NCBI GenBank assembly: GCA_047495785.1 | Contig: JBLDXI010000013.1 | Span: 1,178,001-1,242,000 of the forward strand | DNA: 64,000 bases | Direction of reading: 5' to 3' | Source: Lepidodermella squamata | Lineage: Eukaryota > Animalia > Gastrotricha | Shown here: positions 26,261-38,849 of the stretch, in pieces | Layout of the letters: each line of letters begins with the position of its first letter | How positions within the stretch are numbered: the first letter of the stretch is position 1 | Notes under the pieces: model-generated | Seen by the model: the letters and a program-made list of their open reading frames with translations, nothing else | What the model was told of the DNA's origin: nothing | The model's database searches: none | Made by a program: the position numbers and the translations under genes

Positions 26261-27000
26261 GTTTTTTAAATCAAAATTGATCAAATCTGTGATATAGAAA
26301 TGAATATTCTGGAGAATTCGGCGAAGATTCCAATTTTAGCATTTGAAGCAGGCAATTTCAACTTCCTGATGTCGACCTGTATCTTAAAAGAATGCCAACA
26401 TAATGTATGAAGAGATGAAATCTAATTACATTTTTAGTTTATCAACAACATAATCGGTGTTAACACGTTTGAGCAAGAATAAAAGCGAGAGGCTAATGAT
26501 TCAATAACAAAATATAGCCAACCCCATTGTTTAAGGCTTTGTGTTTGACGCATTACGAAGGTGGCTTAGAAATGTAGCAAAACTTGGAATCTAATTGGTA
26601 CTTATGTTTGCAGCCCTTATAACTGGCAAATAAACGTTCCGCGCAAATGATAATATTAGTCAAGATCGAAGATTAGAGAAAAATGAAGGCAGATCTACAA
26701 GCCAAACTTTCAGATCTGACTAATCACATTTTTGGCGACTTATCGGAATATCTGAGTCATTTTTGTGTGGAAATTTAAATTATAAACCTGAATCATCCCC
26801 AAACGTAGCTTCCGGAACAAAAGTTCTGTAAGTGCTCACAGAGACATAAAGAGGGAGTCTAATATACAATGTATAAGGAATTTGGAACAGGTATACGATT
26901 ATTAAAGAATTCCCACACCTTTCAAGGTTTAATTGTAACAGGGAGAAGTAGTTCGAAAGGTCGGCTTTCACCCCGTTAGTATGAACTATGAATAGATATC

Positions 27001-27106
27001 CAGGGTGTTCGTTAAATAATATCTAACTTTTAGCTCGAAAACGCTGAATCGCGTGCCAAAAGCAGCAAAGCTATTTATAGCTAGCTATTATTTCTTGAAC
27101 ACCCTG
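27001..27106. mobile_element. Tc1/mariner-like MITE (106 bp)
   Basis: ~28-bp imperfect TIR CAGGGTGTTCGTTAAATAATATCTAACT / AGCTAGCTATTATTTCTTGAACACCCTG. TA on the right flank; left flank is TC. Confidence 0.72.
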
Positions 27107-27207
27107 TACTTCAATCGCCATGCGTCCTTTTGGTAGGTCGTTTTCTCCAAAAACTATATAGACGTTGGTTCACAACAACTTCCAACTTGCGGGATGGGCA
27201 ATGGTCG

Positions 27208-27518
27208 CAGAGCTGTCCACGGGTCGACCCGGCCCGTGTCAGTAAATATATCCGAAACTGACCCGATCCGTAAAAAATATGACACGAAATTTCTATTCCT
27301 TCTTCCTTCTCGTTGATCAAAACCTTCAAAGAGACTTTATGTTAACTCAAAAGACACAAGACACAAGATCAAAGGATGGCTACGGGAATATCTTGAAATA
27401 TTATAATTTTACTTTCTGTCAAATTTGCTGAAAACAGTGGTAAAAAGACTGGTTTTTGATTTTTGAAAACCATAGACCCGTACCCGCTCGAACCCGGCCC
27501 GGCCCGTGGAAAACTCTA
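27208..27518. mobile_element. hAT-like MITE
   Basis: TIR CAGAGCTGTCCACGGG / CCCGTGGAAAACTCTA with subterminal ACCCG/GGCCCG repeats. No clear 8-bp TSD. Confidence 0.6.
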
Positions 27519-27750
27519 AATCACCATACGTCTTTTTGAACGATCGGTTTTTCCGAAAACTAGATGATCGTCCGCAACGAAATCAATCATGCGGGGTGGG
27601 TAGGTAGGGGTCGTCTTCCACTCTTCCGGTGATACACGGGTGATTGGCATATTTAGACCAACTTTTTCAGCCAATCTGACATTGCGTTTCCGCCATGGAC
27701 AGCAACCATCCTGAAATGAAACCTGTCGCGCTAAATTTTCTCCTAATAAC

Positions 27751-27992
27751 AAGTCCGATTCCGGTCATATGGCTTAGACAAGGCTATGATGGAGTCGCGT
27801 CAATCAGCATTCATGTATGAGATGCACGGCATGGATTGCGGTAAAAGCCATAACAGAAGCGACTAATGCGGCTCATTACTCATGGATACGTCGCCATGGC
27901 TTACCAGTCCATGTTGTGCATGTCATACATAATGCCCATTGACGCGATTCCATGATGGGTGTGTCCAAGCCGCCATGACCGGAATCGGGCTT
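27751..27992. repeat. Long foldback (inverted repeat, ~100-bp arms)
   Basis: Arm 27751-27850 (AAGTCCGATTCCGGTCAT...TCGCGTCAAT...GTATGA.ATGCAC..CATGGA) is an imperfect reverse complement of ~27893-27992. Confidence 0.75.
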
Positions 27993-28345
27993 TCAATTCC
28001 GGACGCAGTTGTGCGCGCAAGGTTTGATTCGTCCATGGCAAAAATATGCCCAATCTCTCATTGGCAGAAATTCCTTCGTTGTCTACGGCATTGTGGATAA
28101 TATTCACACCGCGGTTCAGTTCCAACTACAGATTATTATTCTCCCTTAATTACTAACTATTAACTGCAAGGTTATGTCTATCGCATCAGCCGCTTTTATT
28201 TTCCGTGGAGTTCTGCGAATGTATTCCCAGGTTCTCATATTTATTATTGGCACCTTGAGTAAAGCATACATTGAAACGTGCGCGGAAAACGTAATTTTTT
28301 TAAGATCGGAGCTTCGGTTTTGAACGGAGGAATAAATAACCCAGT

Positions 28346-29578
28346 TTATTTTGTTCCGCTGTTGTTCTTGGCGACAATTTCGTAGCAGATTTTAGCCAAC
28401 TCGTCAGACTCCAACTCGGCGATCGACTTGTCGAGGTACGAAGGCATCAACATCTGCGTCGATGCACAGCTCACACGATGTGTGCTGTCATTGTCGCGAT
28501 GAAGAGCGAGCGATTGCTTCAGGATGAGTTTCGCCGATCGCGAAACGCGTCGGGTGTAGATAGACGCGAAAATAAGGCCAATCACCTGAACAATTGCGAC
28601 GATCGCGAAGGCGATGTTGAACATGCGAAGGCTGTCGTAGATGTTCTCTTCGAGAGGTAAGGCACATCCGTACAATGCTGAAGGCTTTGCAACAGTGCAA
28701 TCCGGTGATGGAACCTCACCGCATGGTTCAAGGATGGTGGACATATCCGAAAAAGGCGTACAAGGGAAGGTTGGAAGTTGGCCCCCCGATCGCACGTTCT
28801 CATTGCCAACAATATACTTGTTTCTGAACCATTCGACTCTGCTCCACTCATCAAATCCATCGACGCCACAACAGCCGTACTAAACATGTTGGAATTTCGT
28901 GATATAATAGTTCTATGTTCGAAACCAAACCTGATTTTGAATGTCAATGAATAAACGGCCTTTGTTATTAAGCCTTTGTCTGCCTGTAAATTCATCGCTT
29001 TCAACGTTGATTCCGTCACGGAGACGAATCAAAGCCGGTCGGATGGACGTGTTGACTTTGGTCATCAGAATGATACCAGTGATCAGTACAATCAGATGAA
29101 AAGCTGTGTTGATCGCAACCAAAGCCAAGTACTTTGAGAAAAACAAACTTTTCATATAAATAAAACTCGCATATTAAAGTTTTACAGCTTTAGTAGCAGC
29201 TGGCGTTCCTTTGCATCGGCAGCACAATAGAATGAAGCCGTAAAGCGAGGCGAAGACGGCAAGGGCTGAGATGGTCATTGCAACGCCAAGCCCGAGCGAA
29301 ATAGTTGCACCTTGGCCGAAGACCCCAACGACATGAGTCAGGCGATTGAACAAAAATGAGTTGTACGTGAAGACATCAGCAACTTCCCAACGGCCTTTGT
29401 GTACTCCGATTGTAGTTATTACCGTCAGAGCGAATAGGAGACCCGAAAAAACCTGAATGAAACCAAAAATGAGGTTCGGTTTTTGTCGCTAAAATGTGAC
29501 CAATTAAATAATTACTAGTGAGAGGAAGTTGAACAGAGCCAGCAGAACTACCAACGACTGAGTTCCTCGGCAACCCAT
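28346..29578 (-). CDS. Divergent tetraspanin (multi-exon), paralog
   Basis: MGCRGTQSLVVLLALFNFLSL; YGCCGVDGFDEW; PTFPC..PC..PDC..GC; TM4 FNIAFAIVAIVQVIGLIFASIY. Confidence 0.86.
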
Positions 29579-30523
29579 ATTTTATATTCGATATAAGTAA
29601 ATAACTATTTTAATTAGAATATTCGAACTATAAGTGAAAAAGTGAAGATCCATGCATTTTCTGAAAAAATTAATTAAGCTATATCTGTGGGGATGGCTGT
29701 TTGAAGTTTGCTCATTCATTTTATTATTAGTTAGTGTTTTCAAGCAGTGCCAGAAATCCTTCCATACATTTTATATGACATCACCGCGCACACGGCGAGG
29801 TCGTGCTCGTGCGTTTTCTCAACTTCCACTGCGCCGTCTCCGCCTTTTATATGCCGTAATTTTCGTATACAGGTAATATACCACGAATAGAAAAAACGTC
29901 GTCATGTTTTTCAACCCTTCGACAGAGCGGCTCTGCTTGTGAGGCTGGTGTTTACTATTGCTCATATATTATGCACATCTTTACCACCTTTAGATTTCCC
30001 TTCACCGCGATTCGTACGTGAATCATCGCGCATAAATATCAACAGAGGCTTCTGCCCACATCTCTATGACTTGACGATATGAACTGCACTTCCCGCTTTG
30101 AAAACTGCGTCATGCGGTAAAAGTGCATTTGATTTCAAATAAAAAATTGGTATTTTAACGGGTTTTAAAACAAAGGAACGCGGAGACAGGATGCAGCTGA
30201 ACAAAATGAAGCCCACATGAAACATTAATATGGATTGAAATTCTTTATTTATTTTATTAAATATCATCATCATATGCAGCTGAGAAAGCAGGCATTAGAT
30301 ATTGAAGCTATTTTTTAATTGACAAAAAAAGTTTGTAGTCGATGCTTGCAAATTATCAATGCGTCTCACAATCTTATCAATGACAGGCCGCGTGGCGGAA
30401 ATACGTTGCAACGATATAATGAAACAGTGAGTGATAAAGTGTTTCCATTTTCGCACAGAATATTTTTTGCCCACAAGCCAAGTCGGCTTTCTGATCAACA
30501 AGTTGAGCAAAAGATCCATCAGC

Positions 30524-31492
30524 ATGGCTAGTTCATTGCCAAGTGCTATACGTTTGCACTATTTCAACGCGAGATCGAGGGGCGAACTTATTAGGTACAT
30601 CCTCTACTACGCCGAGGTACCTTTCGTCGACAATCGCATCGATCGAGCTGCATGGTCAAGCATCAAACCAAGTAAAAGAAATTAGCTTTAGCGTGGTTTA
30701 TAACTAAGCTAAAATTCATCCAGAGTTTCCTACGGGCCAAATTCCAGTTCTTGAATATACGGATGAAAAAGGCCAGGTCAAACTGCTGGTTCAAAGTGGA
30801 GCCATTGTTCGAGCTTGCGCCAAGTGGTTCGGTTTGGCTGGGCAAACACCGGCCGAGGAGGCTCAAGCTAATGAAGCTTATGAATGGTTCATAACCTATA
30901 CCACTCTGAAATGTATAATTTTACCCTGGTGATTTATAGCTTGCGGGATATAGCAGATGCAGGTTCACGAGCATTTTGGGAGCATGACCCAACGAAAAAG
31001 GTACCGATTGTTCTGTTCGAGCTTTTCCTCGATAATATATTTTTTAATTTTAAGGCTGAGCTGTTGAAGCAATGCGAGACGGAAACTACTCCACGCATAT
31101 TGGGGTTTCTTGAATCACGGCTCTCAGAGAATGGTGGTCAATTTTTAGCAGGCAAATCGGTACGGAGATTTCGCAATATCCTCTTGAAATTATCAATAAA
31201 TTTTTACAATTTTTACTCAGTTTACCTATGCTGATTTCGCAGTATCAACAGTCCTTGATCACGTCAGTCGCGATATTAGACTTGAAGCTAATAGCACTGG
31301 TATAATTGCCCCATGAGCTCTTATTCCATTTGATTTAATTTATTTATTTTTTCAGTTCCGTTTCGAACGGCTTTTGTTGACTTGAAGAAGTTGGAGCAGC
31401 AGTTTCCTGGCATCATTTCGCTGAAAAAGCGGGTTGAGAGCACGCCCTCCATCAAGTCCTACTTGGCTAAGCGGCCTGACACACTATTTTGA
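30524..31492 (+). CDS. Glutathione S-transferase, sigma-like (copy 1)
   Basis: LHYFNARSRGELIR, FPTGQIPVLE, QSGAIVR, TYADF, YLAKRPDTLF-stop; several ~50-bp introns. Confidence 0.92.
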
Positions 31493-31689
31493 ACTCGGAT
31501 TACAAACTCCTGACGGATTTTGTTGATGAATCGTGAAATAATAAATTGAACAAATTTCAAGAGCGTGTGCTTGTGTATTTCTGCTTTTTTGTTACAAAGA
31601 GCGGTGTGCCTCACCCTACTAGTGTATGCAATTTTATTATTCACATTGGTACCTTTTCCCATCGAATTGATCTTCAATTTTTTTGTAAA

Positions 31690-32642
31690 ATGGCTGCCAT
31701 TCGTAACGCAAAACTGATTTACTTCAATGGCCGCATGAGAGGCGAGACGATTCGAATCATGCTAAATTACCTCGGGGTGAGTTGCGATTCTCGGAGTTGA
31801 ATTTCCTTCGCCAATCGTTCTGACTTTTCTACGTCAGGTTCCATTTGAGGATCATCGAGTCCCTTTACGAGAATGGTTCAACTTTAGAAAGAGTAATATT
31901 TTTTAATCGAAAGACACTGTCATGTCAAAATTTCTTTGCGTAATAGGCACGCCACTTCAGCAGGTGCCGATTTTAGAATACGATGACGAGCAGAATAAAC
32001 GTGTGGTCATGGTTCAGCAGGGCACGATCGTTCGATCAATAGCTCGCTGGTACGCTTTGGACGGCCAGTCACGAAGGGAAACTGCTTTGGCAGACGAAGC
32101 TTATGAATGGTTTGTTACTTCATGACTCAAAACCAGCTTGACATAATTAGGAATATAGCACTCGTGAAATTATTGATAATGGAGGAAGGGCCGTTTGGGA
32201 GTCAAACGCCGAAAGAAAAGTTGAACTGACCGAACATTGGCAGCAGTCTATCGCTCCACGGTTCCTGACGCACCTTGAGAAAATGTTCACATCCGGGGGA
32301 TCCAAGTTCATGGCCGGCGGAAAGTCGGTGAGTGGATCAATTTATCTTCGAATCGCGATAGCTATACTTTATTTAAAAGTTCACATACGCCGACTTTAGT
32401 GTAGCAACCATGCTGGAAAATATCTCCGACAACGTTGTCATCATCCCGAAACGTAAGAAGATTTGTAAAAGTTTGCGCCATTCATGCATTTGCAATTTTT
32501 TTCAGTTGTTTTTATCGATGCCCCAATTACGAAGGAGGACTTGAACAAAAAGTTCCCTGGCTTGGTGGCTTTGCAGAAAACGGTTTACGAGCATCCCAAG
32601 ATCGCTGAGTACTTGAAGAAACGGCCGAAAACTAAGTTTTGA
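31690..32642 (+). CDS. Glutathione S-transferase, sigma-like (copy 2)
   Basis: LIYFNGRMRGETIR, QQVPILE, QQGTIVR, TYADF, YLKKRPKTKF-stop. Confidence 0.92.
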
Positions 32643-32758
32643 CGATTAACTTATGAGGTGTATGCTTTGATGATCGCAGTGAGAAGTGAAAGGCATGGAA
32701 AGGAACACTTGAAAATATGGTCCACTTTATTACTAGGCGAATTTGATCTTTGTGGAAT

Positions 32759-33718
32759 ATGCTGATTCGAAACGCGAAGCTAACCTACTTCAATGCTCGT
32801 GCTAGAGGCGAGACAATCAGATTTATGCTCAACTATTTACAGGTAAAAGTCGAACCTGATACTAACTAGACAAGACTCAATTCTCTCTCCGCCAGACACC
32901 TTTTGAAGATAGAAGATTCCAATGGAAAGAATGGAAACATATCAAGCCTTGTGAGTAACTTGGATGTTTGAAGTCGGGTGGTGGAATTTTCTTGTTTCAG
33001 CAACGCCAACTGGTCAAGTTCCCGTGTTCGAATTTGACGACGAGAATAACAACCGCGTGGTTATGGTGCAGCAGGGAACAATCGTCCGATCACTGGCAAG
33101 ATGGCACAATTTGAGCGGAAAATCGTCCGAAGAAGCAGTCAAAGCCGACGTAGCTTACGAATGGTGAGAACGAAATGATATGATGATGTTGTATTTCGAA
33201 GTGAAATGAAATTTTTAGTGTGCGAGATGTCGTAGATGGTGCCATCAAGGTGATGCAGTGCGTTATTCCAGATCAAAGGAAGGAGCTGAATGATTACTGG
33301 AAAATCAATTTAACCCCAAGATTTCTGAGCTACTTGGAAACACTTCAGAAGTCTGGCAAGTCTGATTTCATGGCCGGTGGGAATTCGGTGGGTGCAGATT
33401 CATCCAGCTTCGGCCTCGTCTAATTAATGCTGATTTTATAGTTCACCTACGCTGATTTCGCCGTAGCATCGCTGCTCGACTTGATATCGGAGAGAATGAT
33501 TGCGTCCTCACCACGAGTTTCCCCGCCAAGTAAGTTTCCGGAATAATGAATAATCTCTGATCAATTCTTGTCGTCAAACAGCCTCGTTTTGTGACGTACC
33601 AATGAACAAGCGAGACATTGATAAAAATTATCCGGGCCTGGCTAAAGTTCGAGATCAAGTGCTGCAGGATTCAAGGATCGCCAAATACCTGGAAACTCGC
33701 CCGAAAACAAGCTACTGA
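32759..33718 (+). CDS. Glutathione S-transferase, sigma-like (copy 3)
   Basis: LTYFNARARGETIR, PTGQVPVFE, QQGTIVR, TYADF, YLETRPKTSY-stop. Confidence 0.92.
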
Positions 33719-33860
33719 TTAATTATTAAAATTCATTCTTCGGTGACATCAATTGAAGCTGACTATGTGATAACTAGGGATAAATAATATTTTCAAAGCA
33801 ATTTTTCGGTATTCAATTCGGGATTTCATTCGCCAGGAAATAGAGGGTTTTATAGCCTCA

Positions 33861-34809
33861 ATGAAAAGCGTCAAGTTGACTTACTTCAATGCTCGCGGCC
33901 GAGGTGAAACAATTAGGCTATTGCTCCATTTTCTCGGGGTAAAAAGCTGCCTTGTTACCTTCAAATTTGTTTTAATCAGATTTAATGTGAGTTTGCAGAT
34001 CGACTTTGAGGATTATCGCATTCCACAGCAGGAGTGGCGAATGAATTATAAATCAAGTAGGTCTTGCAATATTCTGCGCAATTTTATTACAAGTGGTTTC
34101 AAAATAGAAATGCCTCTGCAGCAAATCCCCATTCTTGAATTCGAAGATGAAAATGACCAGCGCCACACGATGACACAATCAGCTGCCATTTTGCGATTAA
34201 TCGCGAGGACCTACGGAGCAGCCGGCCGGACACCTGAAGAGATGGCTGTCGTAGATGAAATTTATGAATGGTATATACTAGAAATAGCGAAAATAATAGT
34301 TTGATCATGATAATTTTCAGCCAACGTGAAATTGATGATTTCACCTACAAAATAATTTGGGAAAATAATGGCGAGCGCAAGAATCAATTGATGGAAACAG
34401 CGAGAAATGACCTGTGCCCGCGGTTACTTGGCTACTTGGAAAAGCGATTGATAGCTAATGGCGGGCAATTTTTCGCTGGTGATCAGGTTTGTGATTCGAT
34501 ATACATACTGCTTTCTAAAAGTGATCTGTTTTTTCTGTAGTACACCTACGCAGATCTTGCCGTTGCTGCTCTACTAGCGCACATAACGGGCCCTTTGGTC
34601 ATCAGGCCAGATGGTAGACAAATGAGCCAACATGATTCATCTGTTGGAAGAAATAATTTAAACATTTTTCAGTTGCTTTTTGCGCGGCAATTCTAACCGA
34701 GAACGAATTACAAAGCAAGTATCCTGGTTTGGCTGCTCTAATGAAATCTGTCCATAACCATCCGGCGATTTCGGGCTATGTAGCCAGCCGACCTGAAACG
34801 GCATTTTGA
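33861..34809 (+). CDS. Glutathione S-transferase, sigma-like (copy 4)
   Basis: LTYFNARGRGETIR, MPLQQIPILE, QSAAILR, TYADL, YVASRPETAF-stop. Confidence 0.92.
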
Positions 34810-35663
34810 TAACTTGGGCTTGCCAGAAGCCAGAAGTAACTTGGGCGCATCTTTCAACTATAATCAATGAGAACTGTTTTTACTATCAATGAGCTCCTGA
34901 TTTTCGTCGACGGAGACATTAGCGAACATTGGCTTCAGAACTGTTTTGTTTCATGCGAGAGCGATATTTTTCGGCAAGTAATATTTTGATTCAGACCGAT
35001 GAATTCCGCTTGGAATGTTCATGTAGCCAAAAAAAGAATAAAAATGACATTGTATCTGACGCGGTCTATGAAGTGATTCCCTGATGAATTTCCCGATCTA
35101 AGCCTTTGAAGGATTCAGTTCTCCATTCAGTTCTCAGTTTAATAAAGCTGGATTTGAATCCATAAAATGCCCTTTCTAGTTGAATATCTGCTTCCTGCAT
35201 CTGCGGAATCCCCATTACACGCACGGATCATGGCGATATAAGAATAATAATGATTTATTGGAAATTTTGAACTTCCAAGGCAAAACTGGCGTGTGTGTAC
35301 TTGTGGCGAGTTGAGGCGTGGAGTATAATTCTTCTACTTTGCAAGGAAGCCTGATTGAAAGGCATTTTTGCTTATAGGCGTATCGACAGTAAAGAGAAAA
35401 TCGAAATCAATGGCAAAACTGTTGGCTTGATTTTCTAAAAAAAAATCACATTAACAGCTACGCAGCGGATATTGGGTAAAACCGTCTGTTTGTCAAATTT
35501 TCGGGCTTTTTCGACCTTATTATTCCAAATTATTTTAAAAATTTAGCTGAAGTCAACACGCGCCCTCATTTAAAAAATTAGGCACGCGAATAAGTAGCCC
35601 CTATTATATTGAAATTCAAATTTTCATAGTAATTTTTAGTTGACTAAAATTCTGAAATTCTCA

Positions 35664-38230
35664 ATGCCGAAATCGTCCATTTTGTCTGATCAGTGGACTG
35701 ATCGTACGGATGATGAATACGACCTCGACTTTGGCCCGCACCTCAGCCCACCGTCGACAAGCACTCCAACTAGCAACAAATCTTCGAAAAAAAGTGGATC
35801 GAAAAATTTCCGCTGCTGTGGACTGCGAGGTACCGCTCGCAATTTATGCTGCTATCTAACACCCGTCGTTATCCTTAGCCTCATCGTTGTGACTTTTTTC
35901 ACCCTTACAACGCCAGCTCATATTTCGAACATTGTCTCCTCTGGGGTCCGATATTTTCAATCGCAATCGACTGCCGATGAAAGTGTTAGCTACGTGAAAA
36001 TAACCCTGGCAATGTTGGCTAAAAAGCAGCAACAACAAGGCGTAGCAGTTATTGTTAAATTCGCAAACAAAGAAACATCCCCGCGCTTTATCTACAAAGC
36101 TCTTGGCGAGGCCCTAGCGAACATCGAAAACCGGCCTGACGTTACCTACGTGTTATATCTGCCATTCTCTGGAAATTTCATCTTGCCAACTTGGCCTCCA
36201 GTTTCGCGAGAGATCGATGCTGAGATTCAATTTTTCCCGGCCCAAGATTTAACCAAATTCGAAATTGAAAGCCGATGTAATGCACCGAATAATTCTGTCG
36301 CTGTTATTTCGATCAAGCTGGAGCACAGTGTGAGAGAGCACTGGAAATGGTTGATGTCGGCTGAGCGGTTTCAGAGCTTCGACTTCGGCCTGGTTGCAAT
36401 GCAAGACAATTATGATCAGCCTATTACGTTACCCGAACTTGATCCAAGACTTCTTGACCCTTACCAAAAGTGCTACAACGGAGTTTTGATTAAGAAAAAA
36501 TGCTACGCTAAGTCTAGACCGGAAGCTGTGGTTGTTGAATCAATGGATGGAAAGGCAGGCAGCAAAATGCCAGTTGACGCCATGTTCTCTGAGAAATTAT
36601 TCGGTGGTTATGCGAAACATTTCAAATCTATCTGCGGCAATTTAGCGAACTGCGTTGAGGTTGAAAAATCAAGTTTCGGCCGATGTTTGAACACTCATCT
36701 CTGGCAGACTGAACAGCCTTCAAAGGTCATAACCATGCCTGGGGAAGTGAGCGTTGAAGACGAAATGGAGAGGAAAGACTGGTACGTCGAACTGATGAAG
36801 GCGATGGCGATTTCTCAGCGGCGACAGAAGGCTGCGAGGCAAGTGGAGGCGCGAATTCGAAAGCTATACTTTGCCAATGTTACACAATGGATGGTTGACA
36901 AAATTCATCGCCGGCGCAAAGCGGCAATTAAGGTAAGCTTCAGGTTAAAAGTGAAAAATTTATTAAATTCCAATTAATTTCAGTTTCTCAACTACAACTG
37001 CGAAAACTGGGTTGTATGTGGAGGTTAGTCTTTATAAAAATGCCGAGAATTAAATTACCAGAATTTTTCGTAGGCTTAGGCGACCGTCTTAAGGGAACTG
37101 CTTCGCTATTTTATGCTGCTATTTCAACTGGTCGAGCTTTTCATTTCGACTGGGAGAAACCTGTTCATATTGACAATTTTTTTATGGTCAACGCTAATTG
37201 GTATGCCGATAAGCAAGCCGGTCTGAGCGTGGCGAACTACAACTTTTTCCTCGCGAAAGCTAAACTTCATCGTAAATGGTGGTGGCCGGTTGATGGTCTC
37301 GGCGAAACTATGGTTGCCGACTTCAGAAACGAGTCTTTCGTTGATCAAATCGCTAATATATCGTCCTATGATATAACTACGAATCGCCTCAAAGGCTTGG
37401 AGGCGGCGCTGATGAACCCTGCGTTTAAATCGGTTTTATCGGAGATTTTTCCGGAATTTTCGGAGGCGAATTTCAATGCGACGCACTCAATTGATTTGCC
37501 GATTGCGATTTCGGCCGCTTATCGTGCGCTGTTAGGTCGACTTCAACCTGCTCTACTCGACTTTCTGGGCGAAATTATCTCCCGGGCAACAAATATAAAC
37601 AACACTGATACTTGGATAAGCGGTAATGATGGTCGGTTTCTTAAAGTTGGTCTTCAAATTCGAATGGAGAAGGCTGCGTGGAGTGAAGGCGGTGGAAGAG
37701 TGCAAAAGTCTCAGGTATGTTGCCATATTTTAGTTAATCATCATATAAATAAGTTTTTCCAGATTGGATGCTTTGCCGATCTGGCTTCGGAGCTGATTGA
37801 TATATTGAACAGCACAAAATTGCACGGGAATTTCGAGAAGATTTTCATTTATGTCACGTCAGATTCAGAAAATGCAACCGACATAATCCGGCAGAATCTG
37901 GTAAACAGTACGATCGGCGTAGACAAAATAGTTGTATTCGACACAAATTTCGTCCTTGAGTCTTTGAATTTAACGGCAAAGCATCTCGATCGATCAGAGG
38001 TATCGAGCGAACCCCACAAAGCCTGGCATGAAGTTGCGATGATCTACATTGATTGGCTGCTGTTGACGCATATGGATTTGCTGCTGATTAGCCGATCTGG
38101 GTTCGGCGAGACGGCATCTCTGTACTCGCTGGCGCCTACCTGGCGGCTTATGCACGACCTTGTGACGTCCGAAAATCAGTGTCCTTTCCAGCGATTCAGT
38201 CAAGCCGTGACTCATTTTGACTTCAGATGA
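35664..38230 (+). CDS. Type II membrane fucosyltransferase-superfamily protein (alpha-1,2/1,6/O-FucT-like GT-B) with extra N-terminal luminal domain, copy 1
   Basis: Exons ~35664-36932, 36984-37023, 37074-37714, 37763-38230. N-terminal TM; CGGLGDRLKG; motif I KVGLQIR; motif II IYVTSDS; motif III DWLLLTHMDLLLISRSGFG. Confidence 0.82.
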
Positions 38231-38394
38231 TCATGTGTTGGTTGAGAAACTAGGCGGAGAATAAAAATCCTTATTTTGAAATAGATTGTGAATTGTGACT
38301 GTTTCTCCCAATATCCTAATATTGAACAAAGTTCAGCATGAATCGAACTCCGGTCATATTTCGATTTGTAGAATATACCATTTTCATGACCATT

Positions 38395-38849
38395 TTGGGT
38401 CCAAATATTTCCACCACTAAAAATGAGTTTTCAGCACTAAATTTAAGCGTCCTGGCACTAAATTTTTCGGATTCTTTGCGATTTTGGCATTTTCGTGTTC
38501 TGATAGATAGGTACTGATGCCCTCCTTGAACCTAGGATTTTTAATTTAAGCTACATGGTGCCCTAAGCTACGTATAAAATTTATCGATGTTGGGTTCCAA
38601 GACGGCTGATAATGGGGAAATCACTGATTTGTAAAATCGATACTTTGAATCGATATCGGCTCTATAGGATGAAGAATAATTCGTAAACTGACCGCTCATA
38701 GCGCGAAATACGCGTAATACGAAGGTCTATCGGTTAGGCCGGATAGCAAAATATTTGAGATCCTGGTGAAGACTAGAAATTCGAAAAAGCATATTTAGGG
38801 GAAATATAGTGCTTGAGTCTCAAATTTAGTGGTGGAAGCTGGAACCCTA
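38395..38849. mobile_element. MITE-like element with ~50-bp imperfect TIRs
   Basis: GGGTCCAAATATTTCCACCACTAAAAATGAG..AGCACTAAATTT on the left vs AAATATAGTGCT..CTCAAATTTAGTGGTGGAAGCTGGAACCCTA on the right. Confidence 0.62.

Noticed and set aside
32640-32761. Stop-codon readthrough fusing GST2 and GST3
   Set aside because: The candidate splice does not put GST3 in frame.
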